DNA from: an uncultured Candidatus Saccharibacteria bacterium
GTDB lineage: Bacteria; Patescibacteriota; Saccharimonadia; Saccharimonadales; OMJO01
Length of the DNA stretch: 36,570 bases
Assembly (NCBI GenBank): GCA_964494415.1
Contig: CAZBRC010000002.1
Span: forward strand, 1-36,570
Direction: 5' to 3'
The notes beneath the pieces are model-generated. The model had not been told where the DNA came from. It ran no database searches and saw nothing but the letters and a program-made list of their open reading frames with translations. How positions within the stretch are numbered: the first letter of the stretch is position 1; the number at the start of each line of letters is the position of its first letter. A program made the position numbers and the translations under genes. Positions 24,222 to 33,235 of the stretch are shown here, piece by piece.

Positions 24222-25152
24222 GCAATCCTCGCTGAGCACCCAAATCTTGCACTACTGACATCGAATTAATTGGTGCCCACTGCAAAGCACCTTCGATATT
24301 ACTACCTTTCATGATGGCGGCCACAAAGGTCGAGGTAAAAGCATCGCCTGCTCCAGTCCGCTCAAACGGTGGCTTAGGGTCAGGATATGGTGGCATGAAT
24401 AATCGTTTAGTGCCGTCACTGGCATAGGCACCGTCTGGGCCATCAGTTATTGCGACTATTTTGGGGCCAAGCTTGTGTAAGCGGTCAAATAAGTCATGTA
24501 AGTCATCGGTTTTACCACCAGACACCAGGGCGGCTTCTTCACGGTTCAAAACCAGCAACTCTGTGCGAGCGTAGACGTGTTTTAGGCGCTGTGTACCGGC
24601 TTCTATCTGGAATGTGCCAGGGTTGAATGCCAATTTTGTGTCCGGATATCGCTCCATCCATTCGATCAAATCATCATGGAAATCAAGCGCGTTTTTACTA
24701 ATTGAGCTGAAGTAAATCCATCGTGGTACTTCTTTTTTAGTTAAATGTGGCCAGTGATAGGCGTATTCCTCGTGTTTAATTAAAATTGTGCGTTCTTCTT
24801 TGTACCACAGAACATAGTGGTAGTTACTCGTCTTGCTGGGATTTATATGGATATAGCGAGTGTCGACTTTGTTTTTATGAAGAGCTGCTATCATATCTCG
24901 GCCGTGTTGATCACCACCAACATTAGCGACTAAGCCACTTTTAAAACCGAGCCGTGCAAAACTAACCGCCGCGTTAGCCGCATTGCCAACACCTTCAATA
25001 ATCTCGGCGTGATCAAATGGCACCTTCATGCCAAAGGGCATGGCAAGCCACAGGCCATGGGAGTCTTCGTAAGTTTTGGCTTGCTCGTCGAGCAGTTTAA
25101 TAAAGGCGTCTGTAACGATATCGCCTACGCTAATTACATCAAGTTGACTCAT
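24154..25152 (-). CDS. PfkB-family carbohydrate kinase (ribokinase/phosphofructokinase-B superfamily)
   Basis: 332 aa. N-terminal VGDIVTD, GVGNAANAAVSFARLG, a C-terminal TGAGDAFTSTFVAA anion-hole/ATP motif and DGPDGAY. An AAGGGTGG SD is present. Confidence 0.8.
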   Translation of the reverse strand: MSQLDVISVGDIVTDAFIKLLDEQAKTYEDSHGLWLAMPFGMKVPFDHAEIIEGVGNAANAAVSFARLGFKSGLVANVGGDQHGRDMIAALHKNKVDTRYIHINPSKTSNYHYVLWYKEERTILIKHEEYAYHWPHLTKKEVPRWIYFSSISKNALDFHDDLIEWMERYPDTKLAFNPGTFQIEAGTQRLKHVYARTELLVLNREEAALVSGGKTDDLHDLFDRLHKLGPKIVAITDGPDGAYASDGTKRLFMPPYPDPKPPFERTGAGDAFTSTFVAAIMKGSNIEGALQWAPINSMSVVQDLGAQRGLLTQHHMAELLKKAPRWYQPKPF

Positions 25153-25210
25153 ACCACCCTTTTATCGTTATTTTGCTTATGCCTATTGTGCCACAGCGAG
25201 CCGACTTTGA

Positions 25211-26131
25211 CTAGGGTCGCGCTTTTCCGGCAGAATCAAAGGAAGCAATTTTTTCTTCGACAACCGCTTGTACAGCCGCTATGACCTGGTCCATTAACTT
25301 CACTACGGCGTATTCATCAGGATTCTCGGCTAAAACTTTTTCGAGCGTTTGGCGATAGGCCACCCGCATATCCGAGTTAATATTGATTTTGCTGACACCG
25401 ATTTTGACGGCATCCTCAAAGAAATGACCGGGTGTACCGCTGCCGCCATGCAAAGAAATATTACAGTCAACGGCTGCCCGGATTTGCTTTAATAGCTCTA
25501 AATCGAGCATTTTGGGAACGGGGTACTGGCCGTGAAGGTTACCAATAGCTGCTGCATAGGTGTCAATGCCAGTGGCTTCAACAAACGCCCGCGCACCTTC
25601 CGGTGTGCTAAAGGTTTTCTTAATTTCTTCGTAGTCAAAGGCTTCTTTAAAGAGGTTGGAGCCGCCACCAAAGTAGTGAGGCTCGCTTTCGACTAAAGCA
25701 CCGGTTTTTTGAGCGTAGGCCACCACTTCTTTGGTGGCGGCGATAATATCTTCTTCACTCGCGTCGTGATTTGCCTGGCTCACATCAATGTGAATAAATT
25801 CAAAACCAGCGTCAATTCCGGCCTTGGCGGCTTCAACACTGGGGCTGTGATCAAGATTAATGTACATCTCTATGCCAAACTGTTCTTTGTAGTTGTCGAC
25901 CATATCCCGGACATTGGCCAACCCTAGCATTTCGACTTCACCCTGACTCACCTCAACCAGCACTGGAGCCTTTAATTTGGCAGCCGCATTTGCTACTGCG
26001 ATAAGTGTTTCTTGGTTATCTAGATTAAACGCCCCGAGCGCAAAATGCTCGGTACGAGCGCGCACCATAGCAGCCCGGGCTTTTTGACAATTTTCTTCAA
26101 AGTTATTCATCTTGTTTATGCTTTCCAGCAT
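25211..26131 (-). CDS. fba: Class II fructose-bisphosphate aldolase
   Basis: FALGAFNLDN, NLDHS, IHIDVS, NLHGQY and SLHGGSGTP motifs, collinear with FbaA/KbaY. An alternative start is ATG 26110. Confidence 0.85.
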   Translation of the reverse strand: MLESINKMNNFEENCQKARAAMVRARTEHFALGAFNLDNQETLIAVANAAAKLKAPVLVEVSQGEVEMLGLANVRDMVDNYKEQFGIEMYINLDHSPSVEAAKAGIDAGFEFIHIDVSQANHDASEEDIIAATKEVVAYAQKTGALVESEPHYFGGGSNLFKEAFDYEEIKKTFSTPEGARAFVEATGIDTYAAAIGNLHGQYPVPKMLDLELLKQIRAAVDCNISLHGGSGTPGHFFEDAVKIGVSKININSDMRVAYRQTLEKVLAENPDEYAVVKLMDQVIAAVQAVVEEKIASFDSAGKARP

Positions 26132-26151
26132 AGCATATAATAGGAAGGAAC

Positions 26152-26772
26152 ATGCGAAACAAACAAACCCGTCTGATGATGGCTCTATCTTGGTTGACTC
26201 CTTCGGTGAGTGAACTGGTTATCTATTTCTTTTTGAGTATTGTGACGCTGATTGTTAGTAATGTGAGTTTTGTCCGAGACTTCATTTATGTGCCGCGGTA
26301 CTTCAATTTTCGCGATCTTATCTTGGGCTCGATTAATAGTCTGCTCGACCGCTTCATTGGCGTTGGCGCCACTCGCAGTGCGGTTGTGATTATTTTTTGG
26401 GCGCTGGTTGGCTTGTTGGTATATGCCCTAATCTGGGTGCTGACGACCTTCTCTGATGAACTTGGCAATGACCTCGCTCTCACTAAGTATGTCCACCCCC
26501 GTAATGTCGATACGTCTTCGCCGCTTCGTCAATTCCTCAAACGGACACTGTTCAGGATAATGGTGCTTATTATTTTGGTGTTCTACATTAGTGCCTTCTG
26601 GAAAGCCATCCTGCCCTTTAGCATGCAACAATACCGCATCGCCCTAGACACCTGGCCCAAAGTAGCCGCGTTTAAAGCTGGTTTTGTTGGCATGCTAACA
26701 GAGATTATTGCTCTACACGCTTTTGTGGTTTTTGCTCGCTTATTGTTCTTAAAAAAACGAATCTTCGAGTAG
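26152..26772 (+). CDS. Uncharacterised integral membrane protein (about 4 TM)
   Basis: 206 aa. A strong AGGAAGG SD lies 3 nt upstream. Hydrophobic helices include LVIYFFLSIVTLIV, AVVIIFWALVGLLVYALIWVL, IMVLIILVFYISAFW and GMLTEIIALHAFVVFARLLF. Confidence 0.65.
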   Translation: MRNKQTRLMMALSWLTPSVSELVIYFFLSIVTLIVSNVSFVRDFIYVPRYFNFRDLILGSINSLLDRFIGVGATRSAVVIIFWALVGLLVYALIWVLTTFSDELGNDLALTKYVHPRNVDTSSPLRQFLKRTLFRIMVLIILVFYISAFWKAILPFSMQQYRIALDTWPKVAAFKAGFVGMLTEIIALHAFVVFARLLFLKKRIFE

Positions 26773-26784
26773 AACAACCAGGGG

Positions 26785-27759
26785 TTAGTCTTTGGACACA
26801 ATGTGGTGTGCTTGCAGCACGATATGTTCGGCCGTTAGCCCAAAGTGCTTGAGTAGCTCATCTGGTTTGCCTGATTCGCCAAAGCGGTCTTTAATGCCCA
26901 TTCGGATAACTGGGACCGGTAGCTCCTCGCTCAGTAGTTCGGCAATCGCGCCGCCCAGTCCGCCGGCTATTTGACCTTCTTCGATCGTGATTACTTTTTG
27001 GGTCTTACGAACACTTCGTAAGATGGTGGTTTCATCTAATGGTTTGATAGTGGGCACGTGCACGACTTCGACATCTATGCCTTTAGCAAACAGGCGTTCG
27101 GCTGCCAAGAGCGCTTGATACGTCATAGCACCGGTCGAAATAATCGTTAGATCTTGCCCCTCGGCCATCACATACGCCTTGCCTATTTCAAAGGGAGTGT
27201 CCTTGGTGGTAAAGACTGGCGTGGCTTCGCGGGCCAACCGCAAATATCCTGGTCGCTTGTCGGCTGCCATGGCTAAGGTGGCTTTTTCGGCTTCAACACT
27301 ATCACCCGGCACTATTACCGTCATGTTTGGCAATACTCTCATAAGCGTAATGTCTTCGAGCATTTGGTGGGTAGCCCCGTCCGGACCAACCGAGATGCCG
27401 GCATGGGAACCCACTATCTTAACCGGTTGATCATTTAAACAAATGGTCGTTCTAATCTGCTCCCAGTTGCGGCCTGGGCTAAAGGCGGCGTAGCTGGACA
27501 CAAACGGAATTTTGCCGATGGCCGCTAGGCCGGAGCCAACGGTAACCAAGTTTTGTTCAGCTACGCCGATTTCGACGAACCGATCCGGAAAGGCTTCCTT
27601 AAAGAGACTCATCTGAGTTGATTCGGTTAAGTCAGCGCAAGCTGCGACCACTCGTTCGTCACGGCGGCCGGCTTCTGCCAAGCCCCGGCCAAAGCCTTTC
27701 CGGATCGGTTCTTCCAGCTTTGGTTTGTCGATGTCAGGAATTAAATGCAATTTAATCAT
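26785..27759 (-). CDS. Transketolase, C-terminal (pyrimidine-binding plus C-terminal domain) subunit
   Basis: 324 aa. RKGFGRGL, DLTESTQ, FVEIGVAEQNLVTVGSGLA and GPDGATHQMLEDI. It starts 2 nt after the N-terminal subunit gene. Confidence 0.9.
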   Translation of the reverse strand: MIKLHLIPDIDKPKLEEPIRKGFGRGLAEAGRRDERVVAACADLTESTQMSLFKEAFPDRFVEIGVAEQNLVTVGSGLAAIGKIPFVSSYAAFSPGRNWEQIRTTICLNDQPVKIVGSHAGISVGPDGATHQMLEDITLMRVLPNMTVIVPGDSVEAEKATLAMAADKRPGYLRLAREATPVFTTKDTPFEIGKAYVMAEGQDLTIISTGAMTYQALLAAERLFAKGIDVEVVHVPTIKPLDETTILRSVRKTQKVITIEEGQIAGGLGGAIAELLSEELPVPVIRMGIKDRFGESGKPDELLKHFGLTAEHIVLQAHHIVSKD

Positions 27760-27761
27760 AG

Positions 27762-28634
27762 CTACTGGTGCTCACTCCTAATTTTTCCACCGAGTGTACG
27801 CAACTCATGCAGGGCTTCGACTGCCTGTTTGTGATCTGGCGGCATACCATGCCAATGAAAATCGTATTCCATAAAATCAACACCTTTGCCAGGTATGGTG
27901 TGAGCAATGATAACAACTGGTTTTTCGACGACAGCCCGGGCCATGGCGCAGGCGTCAATCACTGCCTCAATGTTATTGCCATCAATTTCGATGACGTGCC
28001 AACCAAAGGCTTCCCATTTATCGCGCAAATCTTCTAGTGGCATGACGGTCTCGGTTGGGCCATCAATCTGAATATTATTGCGGTCAATAATGGCGGTAAT
28101 GTTACCAAGTTTATATTTGCCGGCCAGCATAGCAGCCTCCCACACGTTGCCTTCGTCGAGCTCACCGTCACCCATTACGACGTACACCCAACGATGAATC
28201 GCCTTATCCATGCGCAAACCCAAGGCCATGCCACACGCCTGACTCAACCCACTGCCCAACGGTCCACTGGTCGATTCAAGACCGGGCAGTTTGAGACGTT
28301 CTGGGTGTCCTTGTAGTCGCGTGCCAAATTGTCGTAACGTGAGCAGTTCTTTACGCTCAAAGTAACCGGCTTCGGCCATTGTAGCGTAGCGAACTGGCAC
28401 ACAGTGCCCATTACTCAGTAATAGAATATCTCGCTCATCCCAGTCTGGCTTTTTGGGGTCATGTTTAAGCACGTCAAAATACAAAGCAGTAAAAATGTCG
28501 GCCAAACCAAGTGGGCCGGCGCTGTGACCGCTGCCAGCGTGTTCGAGCATCTTAATAATCTCCTCACGGATGAGGTTAGCTTTGAGCTCGAGCTCTTCTA
28601 TGGATAATTTTGCGCCCACCTTGTTGCCAGCCAT
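27762..28634 (-). CDS. Transketolase, N-terminal (TPP-binding) subunit
   Basis: 290 aa. GSGHSAGPLGLADI, LSNGHCVP and MGDGELDEGNVWEAAMLAGKYKLGN (TPP motif). Confidence 0.9.
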   Translation of the reverse strand: MAGNKVGAKLSIEELELKANLIREEIIKMLEHAGSGHSAGPLGLADIFTALYFDVLKHDPKKPDWDERDILLLSNGHCVPVRYATMAEAGYFERKELLTLRQFGTRLQGHPERLKLPGLESTSGPLGSGLSQACGMALGLRMDKAIHRWVYVVMGDGELDEGNVWEAAMLAGKYKLGNITAIIDRNNIQIDGPTETVMPLEDLRDKWEAFGWHVIEIDGNNIEAVIDACAMARAVVEKPVVIIAHTIPGKGVDFMEYDFHWHGMPPDHKQAVEALHELRTLGGKIRSEHQ

Positions 28635-28669
28635 ATTACTTATGATTATAGCAGCCTGGTTACTGACCG

Positions 28670-29308
28670 CTAAGCTTGTTGCTCCGCAATCGATTTAAGA
28701 GTGGAGTACATAGCCGCTGGATCAGTAGCATGCTGGATAGATCCACCGACGTTCAGCACATCAACACCACCAGCAATCAGCGAGGATGCATTAGTCTGAT
28801 TTATGCCGCCGTCCCAGCCAATTTCGATACCACGTTGTTTGTTGCGAATGTAATCGACTTTCCGTAACAGATTGGTGTCAGCTTTGCCGCCATACTTACC
28901 GATATCACCCGAGAATATTAAAACGTGATCAATGTAGCCCAGTGCTTTTTCGATTACCGCTGGTTCAGTCTGGGGCATAATGGCCACACCGGCTCGGATA
29001 CCTTCTTGATGCAATGAACGAGCTAAATGTAAGAAGTTTCCCTCAGCCTCAGCGTGCACAATCACCAGGTTAGGCTTTAGGTGTATCAGGGTTGCTAGAT
29101 GCTCCAGTGGCCACTTATACATAACATGCAAGTCAGCAATTACATTATCCGGCCACCAAATATGATCCATAGCCGGGGACACCGTTGGAGCCAGCTGACC
29201 ATCCATCAGATCAATATGTACCCGCAGCGAAAACGCGCTAACGCGCTCCATTTGTTCTCGGAATTGATGTAAATCGGTTGCTGTAACAGTTGGGCAGATT
29301 ACCGCCAT
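28670..29308 (-). CDS. rpe: Ribulose-phosphate 3-epimerase-like protein (divergent)
   Basis: 212 aa. HIDLMDGQLAP, DLHVM, VIVHAEA, DHVLIFSGDIGKYGG, IGWDGGI and NVGGSI follow the Rpe TIM-barrel motif order. Confidence 0.7.
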   Translation of the reverse strand: MAVICPTVTATDLHQFREQMERVSAFSLRVHIDLMDGQLAPTVSPAMDHIWWPDNVIADLHVMYKWPLEHLATLIHLKPNLVIVHAEAEGNFLHLARSLHQEGIRAGVAIMPQTEPAVIEKALGYIDHVLIFSGDIGKYGGKADTNLLRKVDYIRNKQRGIEIGWDGGINQTNASSLIAGGVDVLNVGGSIQHATDPAAMYSTLKSIAEQQA

Positions 29309-29309
29309 G

Positions 29310-29759
29310 TTAGTTCATCTCGTCCATTTCTTTTATGCGTCGTATAAAACGCGCCGATCCGGCAAACGGTGTATCTAACCAAGCATCAATCAAGCCAAAC
29401 GCAGCAGCATCTTTCTTTAGGTCGTCTGCTGGTAAACAGAGGACGTTGCTGTCGCTATCGTTTCGTGAAGCCCGCACTGACTGCATATTGTGTGCAAAAG
29501 CCGCCCTAATGCCCTTAAACCGGTTGGCGGCCATACACATACCCTGACCGCTACCACAAATTAATATGCCACGGGCATCCTTGTCGTCGCTCGAAAGCAC
29601 ATCTTTCACAACTCGGGCTGCAAAGACTGGGAAATCATCATGAGGATCTAAAACCTCACCACCGTCATCAGCCGCCTCATAGCCAGCTTTGTTCAAGTAC
29701 TTAATAATAGCCGCCTTAAGGTGATAGCCGTTATGATCAGCGCCGACGTAGACTTTCAT
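29310..29759 (-). CDS. rpiB: Ribose-5-phosphate isomerase B (RpiB/LacAB family)
   Basis: MKVYVGADHNGYHLK... and ILICGSGQGMCMAANRFKGIRAA. I prefer ATG 29759, 1 nt after the gap stop. The ORF-track start at 29792 overlaps gap. Confidence 0.85.
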   Translation of the reverse strand: MKVYVGADHNGYHLKAAIIKYLNKAGYEAADDGGEVLDPHDDFPVFAARVVKDVLSSDDKDARGILICGSGQGMCMAANRFKGIRAAFAHNMQSVRASRNDSDSNVLCLPADDLKKDAAAFGLIDAWLDTPFAGSARFIRRIKEMDEMN

Positions 29760-29760
29760 G

Positions 29761-30783
29761 TTAGCTCGCTTTTTTGTGAATGTGCTGACCAACGTCGGCC
29801 ACCAACTCTACTAAACGGTTACTGTATCCCCATTCGTTGTCATACCAGACGACAACTTTAGCTAGATTGCCACCAACTACATTTGTTAAAGGCAGATCAA
29901 CAATTCCAGAGTGGCTATTCCCAACATAATCTTTGCTGACTAGTTCTTCTTCGGTTGCATCAAGAATACCTTGGAAATACGGTTCCTTTACAGCCTTTTT
30001 AAATACGGTGTTGATATCGTCTTTAGTGGTGGGCTTTTTAAGCAACATGGTTACATCGCTCAAACTTACCACTGGACTGGGCACGCGGATACTGACGCCA
30101 TCAAATTTGTCTTTAAGCTGTGGTAATGCCAAGGTTACGGCTACAGCAGCACCGGTGGTGGTTGGAACGATGTTTTCGGCAGCAGCTCGTGATTCACGCT
30201 TGTCTTTAGCTGGTCCGTCTTGCAACGCTTGGCTGGCAGTGTAACTGTGCACGGTGGTTAGCATAGCTTTTTCGACGCCATAGGCTTCGTCCATAATGGC
30301 CATGACAGCGGCCACCGAGTTGGTGGTGCAACTAGCGTTACTAACAATATCACCGGCATGTTTTAGCTGATCTTCGTTAGCGCCAATTACTAACGTCTCG
30401 ATGTCAGCACTTTTGGTCGGCGCCGAGATAACCACTTTTTTTGCACCTGCCGTTAGGTGCATGGCAGCGTCTTCGCTTTTGGTGAATCGACCGGTTGATT
30501 CGATAACGACATCAACCTTTAGTTCTTTCCATGGTAGCTGGGTGGGGTCTTTTTCGGCTGTAACTTTGATTTTATCCTTACCCACAATAATATGGGTTGG
30601 ATCGAAACCTACTTCCCGATCGTATGTACCGTAATTGCTGTCATGCTTGAGTAAGTAAGCCAGTGTTTCGGTATCCGTTAAGTCGTTGATGGCCACAATC
30701 TCAAGATCGGACCGCTCATTGGCAATCTTGAAGGCGTTACGCCCAATCCGTCCAAAGCCGTTAATAGCTATTCGTATCTTCAT
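29761..30783 (-). CDS. gap: Type I glyceraldehyde-3-phosphate dehydrogenase
   Basis: INGFGRIGRN Rossmann motif, active-site SNASCTTNS and WYDNEWGYS. Confidence 0.95.
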   Translation of the reverse strand: MKIRIAINGFGRIGRNAFKIANERSDLEIVAINDLTDTETLAYLLKHDSNYGTYDREVGFDPTHIIVGKDKIKVTAEKDPTQLPWKELKVDVVIESTGRFTKSEDAAMHLTAGAKKVVISAPTKSADIETLVIGANEDQLKHAGDIVSNASCTTNSVAAVMAIMDEAYGVEKAMLTTVHSYTASQALQDGPAKDKRESRAAAENIVPTTTGAAVAVTLALPQLKDKFDGVSIRVPSPVVSLSDVTMLLKKPTTKDDINTVFKKAVKEPYFQGILDATEEELVSKDYVGNSHSGIVDLPLTNVVGGNLAKVVVWYDNEWGYSNRLVELVADVGQHIHKKAS

Positions 30784-30870
30784 ATACTGCCCCCGTACAC
30801 TAAAGTTAGCATTAGCATTTATACACTTATTCTACGGTGTTACGACTAGGTTCGCAACTATTGCGTCTGT

Positions 30871-30876
30871 TAAACT
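30871..30876 (+). promoter_or_regulatory. -10-like TAAACT 6 nt upstream of the NUDIX gene ATG (leaderless pattern)
   Basis: The sequence is ctgtTAAACTtctagtATG with no SD. Confidence 0.35.
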
Positions 30877-30882
30877 TCTAGT

Positions 30883-31320
30883 ATGAAGCACACAAACACT
30901 GCTGGTGGAGTTGTTATCGGACCAAATAATTTGGTCTTGGTGGTAAATCAGCACGGCCGTTCTTGGTCTTTGCCCAAAGGCCATATTGAGCCCGGCGAGA
31001 CTGCAGAGATTGCCGCGCGACGAGAGATACAAGAAGAAGCTGGCATAACCAAGCTGACGTTTGTTGAGTCGCTTGGTACATACCAACGTCATAGGATTGC
31101 CTTGGATGGTGGTGATGATACCTCAGAATTAAAACAAATAGCTATTAGCCTTTACACGACACCCCAAACTGACCTCAAGCCTATAGACCCTGACAACCCC
31201 GAAGCCCGCTGGGTAAAACCGAACGCTGTCGCCTCACTCTTGACGCATCGGCATGACAAAGCGTTCTACCAACGCTGTTTGGCTAAAATCGAAAATTTTA
31301 TTTCTTCGCGCGATCAATAG
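30883..31320 (+). CDS. NUDIX hydrolase
   Basis: 145 aa with Nudix box [23 protein letters not shown] (GX5EX7REUXEEXGU). Confidence 0.8.
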   Translation: MKHTNTAGGVVIGPNNLVLVVNQHGRSWSLPKGHIEPGETAEIAARREIQEEAGITKLTFVESLGTYQRHRIALDGGDDTSELKQIAISLYTTPQTDLKPIDPDNPEARWVKPNAVASLLTHRHDKAFYQRCLAKIENFISSRDQ

Positions 31321-31819
31321 ATTCGGTTATGGCTTTTTGGGCGGCGGCGGCATCACCCCAGCCATTAAAGTGAACGTCGACACCCTTCCAGCCTTTTTTC
31401 CAATCTTTGTAGTGCGAGTAAAAGTGCTCAATGACTTGTTTAAAATTCTCTCCCAGGTCTTTCAGCTCCTTAATGTGATCCTTGGTTACGTCATCAGCCG
31501 GGACACAAATTAGTTTTTCGTCACCTTCGCCATCGTCAACCATATATAAAACCCCGATCGGTCGGGAAGGTACAACTACGCCATGAGGAACTGACTCATC
31601 AATGATCAAAAGCGCATCGATAGGGTCGCCATCTTCACAGAGCGTATCTGGGACATAGCCGTAATCGGCTGGATAGCCAAGCATCGTCGCATTTACACGA
31701 TCTAGGAATAGTCGGCCAGTTTTCTTATCGACTTCGTACTTATTGCGTTCCCCTTTGCGAATTTCTATAACAACATTCACAATTGAGGGAGCGTCATCAC
31801 CATAGCTGACATCTGCCAT
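31298..31819 (-). CDS. ppa: Family I inorganic pyrophosphatase
   Basis: 173 aa. [27 protein letters not shown] and [12 protein letters not shown]. An AAGGAG SD lies 7 nt upstream. Confidence 0.95.
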   Translation of the reverse strand: MADVSYGDDAPSIVNVVIEIRKGERNKYEVDKKTGRLFLDRVNATMLGYPADYGYVPDTLCEDGDPIDALLIIDESVPHGVVVPSRPIGVLYMVDDGEGDEKLICVPADDVTKDHIKELKDLGENFKQVIEHFYSHYKDWKKGWKGVDVHFNGWGDAAAAQKAITESIDRAKK

Positions 31820-31848
31820 TGTTGTTCTCCTTTACTTCTCAATTATTG

Positions 31849-31854
31849 TACACT
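31849..31854 (+). promoter_or_regulatory. -10-like TACACT 7 nt upstream of the GDPD gene ATG; overlaps the divergent ppa -10 (TACAAT, 31850-31845)
   Basis: The sequence is attgTACACTaaaagaaATG with no SD. Confidence 0.3.
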
Positions 31855-31861
31855 AAAAGAA

Positions 31862-32554
31862 ATGAAAATTATTGGTCATCGCGGCGCGGCTGGTCTAGCG
31901 CTGGAAAACACTGTCGAAAGTATTCACGCTGCTATTAAGGCTGGTGTTGATGGCATTGAGTTTGATATCCGCACCACCAAGGATGGCAAGCTAGTTTTAA
32001 GCCACGATCGACACCTTGCCCGAGTTAGTGAGCACGATCACCATATCCATAAACACAACCTCGCCAAACTACGAAAGGTGCCACTTCACAATGGTCAGGT
32101 CATTGCGACATTGCACGAGGCGGTCCGGGCTGCCGGTGACACGCCGATTGTTATCGAAGGCAAAGAAAGCAATTGGGCAGAACCATTGGCCACCTTTTTG
32201 AATAAACACACTATTAAGGACGTTAAGGTCATATCGTTTAACCATGCGGAACTGTACTCGTTCCACGAATTGCAGCCTCAAGTCCCAGTCTACGCCCTAG
32301 AACAGACTAATCCTTTTGAAGTCATTCGTGCCGCGCGCTCGTTGGATTTCACCGGAATCGATTTAAACTTTTGGCTACTCAATCCTTTAACATACTATTT
32401 GGCACGACGTTATAAGCTGGAGATCATTGTCTACACTGTTAATAAGCCTTGGTTGGGACGCTTTTTGAAGTTTTTCTACCCCGACATTAGTGTTACGACC
32501 AATGTACCTGACAAGCTGCAATTTTTACGTAAACCCAAGCGAAGCGCTACATAG
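31862..32554 (+). CDS. Glycerophosphodiester phosphodiesterase (GDPD family)
   Basis: 230 aa. IGHRGAAGLALENT and GIEFDIRTTKDGKLVLSHD are typical GDPD catalytic motifs. Confidence 0.8.
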   Translation: MKIIGHRGAAGLALENTVESIHAAIKAGVDGIEFDIRTTKDGKLVLSHDRHLARVSEHDHHIHKHNLAKLRKVPLHNGQVIATLHEAVRAAGDTPIVIEGKESNWAEPLATFLNKHTIKDVKVISFNHAELYSFHELQPQVPVYALEQTNPFEVIRAARSLDFTGIDLNFWLLNPLTYYLARRYKLEIIVYTVNKPWLGRFLKFFYPDISVTTNVPDKLQFLRKPKRSAT

Positions 32555-32563
32555 CACCACTCT

Positions 32564-33235
32564 ATGCAAGTCACGTACGACCACCTGGAAGATACAGCTC
32601 AAAACATCAAGACGTTCTATTTTAGGCCGGCTCAACCACTGCACTACCTGGCTGGACAGTTTACGGAACTTCGTCTTCCCCACAAATCAGTAGATGATAG
32701 AGGTGATAAGCGTTGGTTTACACTTTCCTCAGCCCCAAGTGATGACTGGCTGACTATTACGACAAAGATTACCGCTCAACCAAGTAGTTTTAAGCAGACG
32801 CTACTCAAACTTCAGCCTGGCACACAACTGCAGTTTGCAGAACCGATGGGTGATTTTGTGCTTCCCAAAGACGAGTCAATTCCTTTGCTGTTCGTAGCTG
32901 GCGGTATTGGTGTCACCCCATTCCATAGCATCGTCAAAGAGCTCGCCGCTCATCACGAGCAGCGGGATATCGCCCTGCTCTACGCTACGAGCTCGCCAGA
33001 GGAGATCGCTTTTAAGGACCTTTTTGAAGACTACGATATGCCAACAAACTATGTAACCGGCAAGCTAACAACCGAACAGATCTTAGCTATGCCAAACGTA
33101 AAGAACCGTCGTATTTATATTTCTGGCCCAGAGCCGATGGTAGAAAGCTTGATCGAAGAGCTGTACGCGGCCGGAATTACCGGCGACCAGTTAATTGGCG
33201 ACTATTTCCCAGGTTATCCCGCACCTAGTCCGTAA
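32564..33235 (+). CDS. FNR-like FAD/NAD(P)-binding oxidoreductase (ferredoxin-reductase type)
   Basis: 223 aa. RWFTLSSAP (the RxYS-type FAD motif position), FVAGGIGVTPF (NAD(P)-binding Gly motif) and a C-terminal YISGPEPM. Confidence 0.7.
   Translation: MQVTYDHLEDTAQNIKTFYFRPAQPLHYLAGQFTELRLPHKSVDDRGDKRWFTLSSAPSDDWLTITTKITAQPSSFKQTLLKLQPGTQLQFAEPMGDFVLPKDESIPLLFVAGGIGVTPFHSIVKELAAHHEQRDIALLYATSSPEEIAFKDLFEDYDMPTNYVTGKLTTEQILAMPNVKNRRIYISGPEPMVESLIEELYAAGITGDQLIGDYFPGYPAPSP

Noticed and set aside
30849-30865. A GGTTCGCAA T-loop-like string and a CGCAA-CTA-TTGCG mini-palindrome in the gap/NUDIX intergenic region, considered as a possible tRNA.
   Set aside because: The T-loop consensus fails (no A58 equivalent), and no acceptor or anticodon stems can be drawn in the 99-nt gap. 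Likewise, GGTTC-N5-GAACC at 35169-35183 has a 5-nt loop rather than a 7-nt T-loop.
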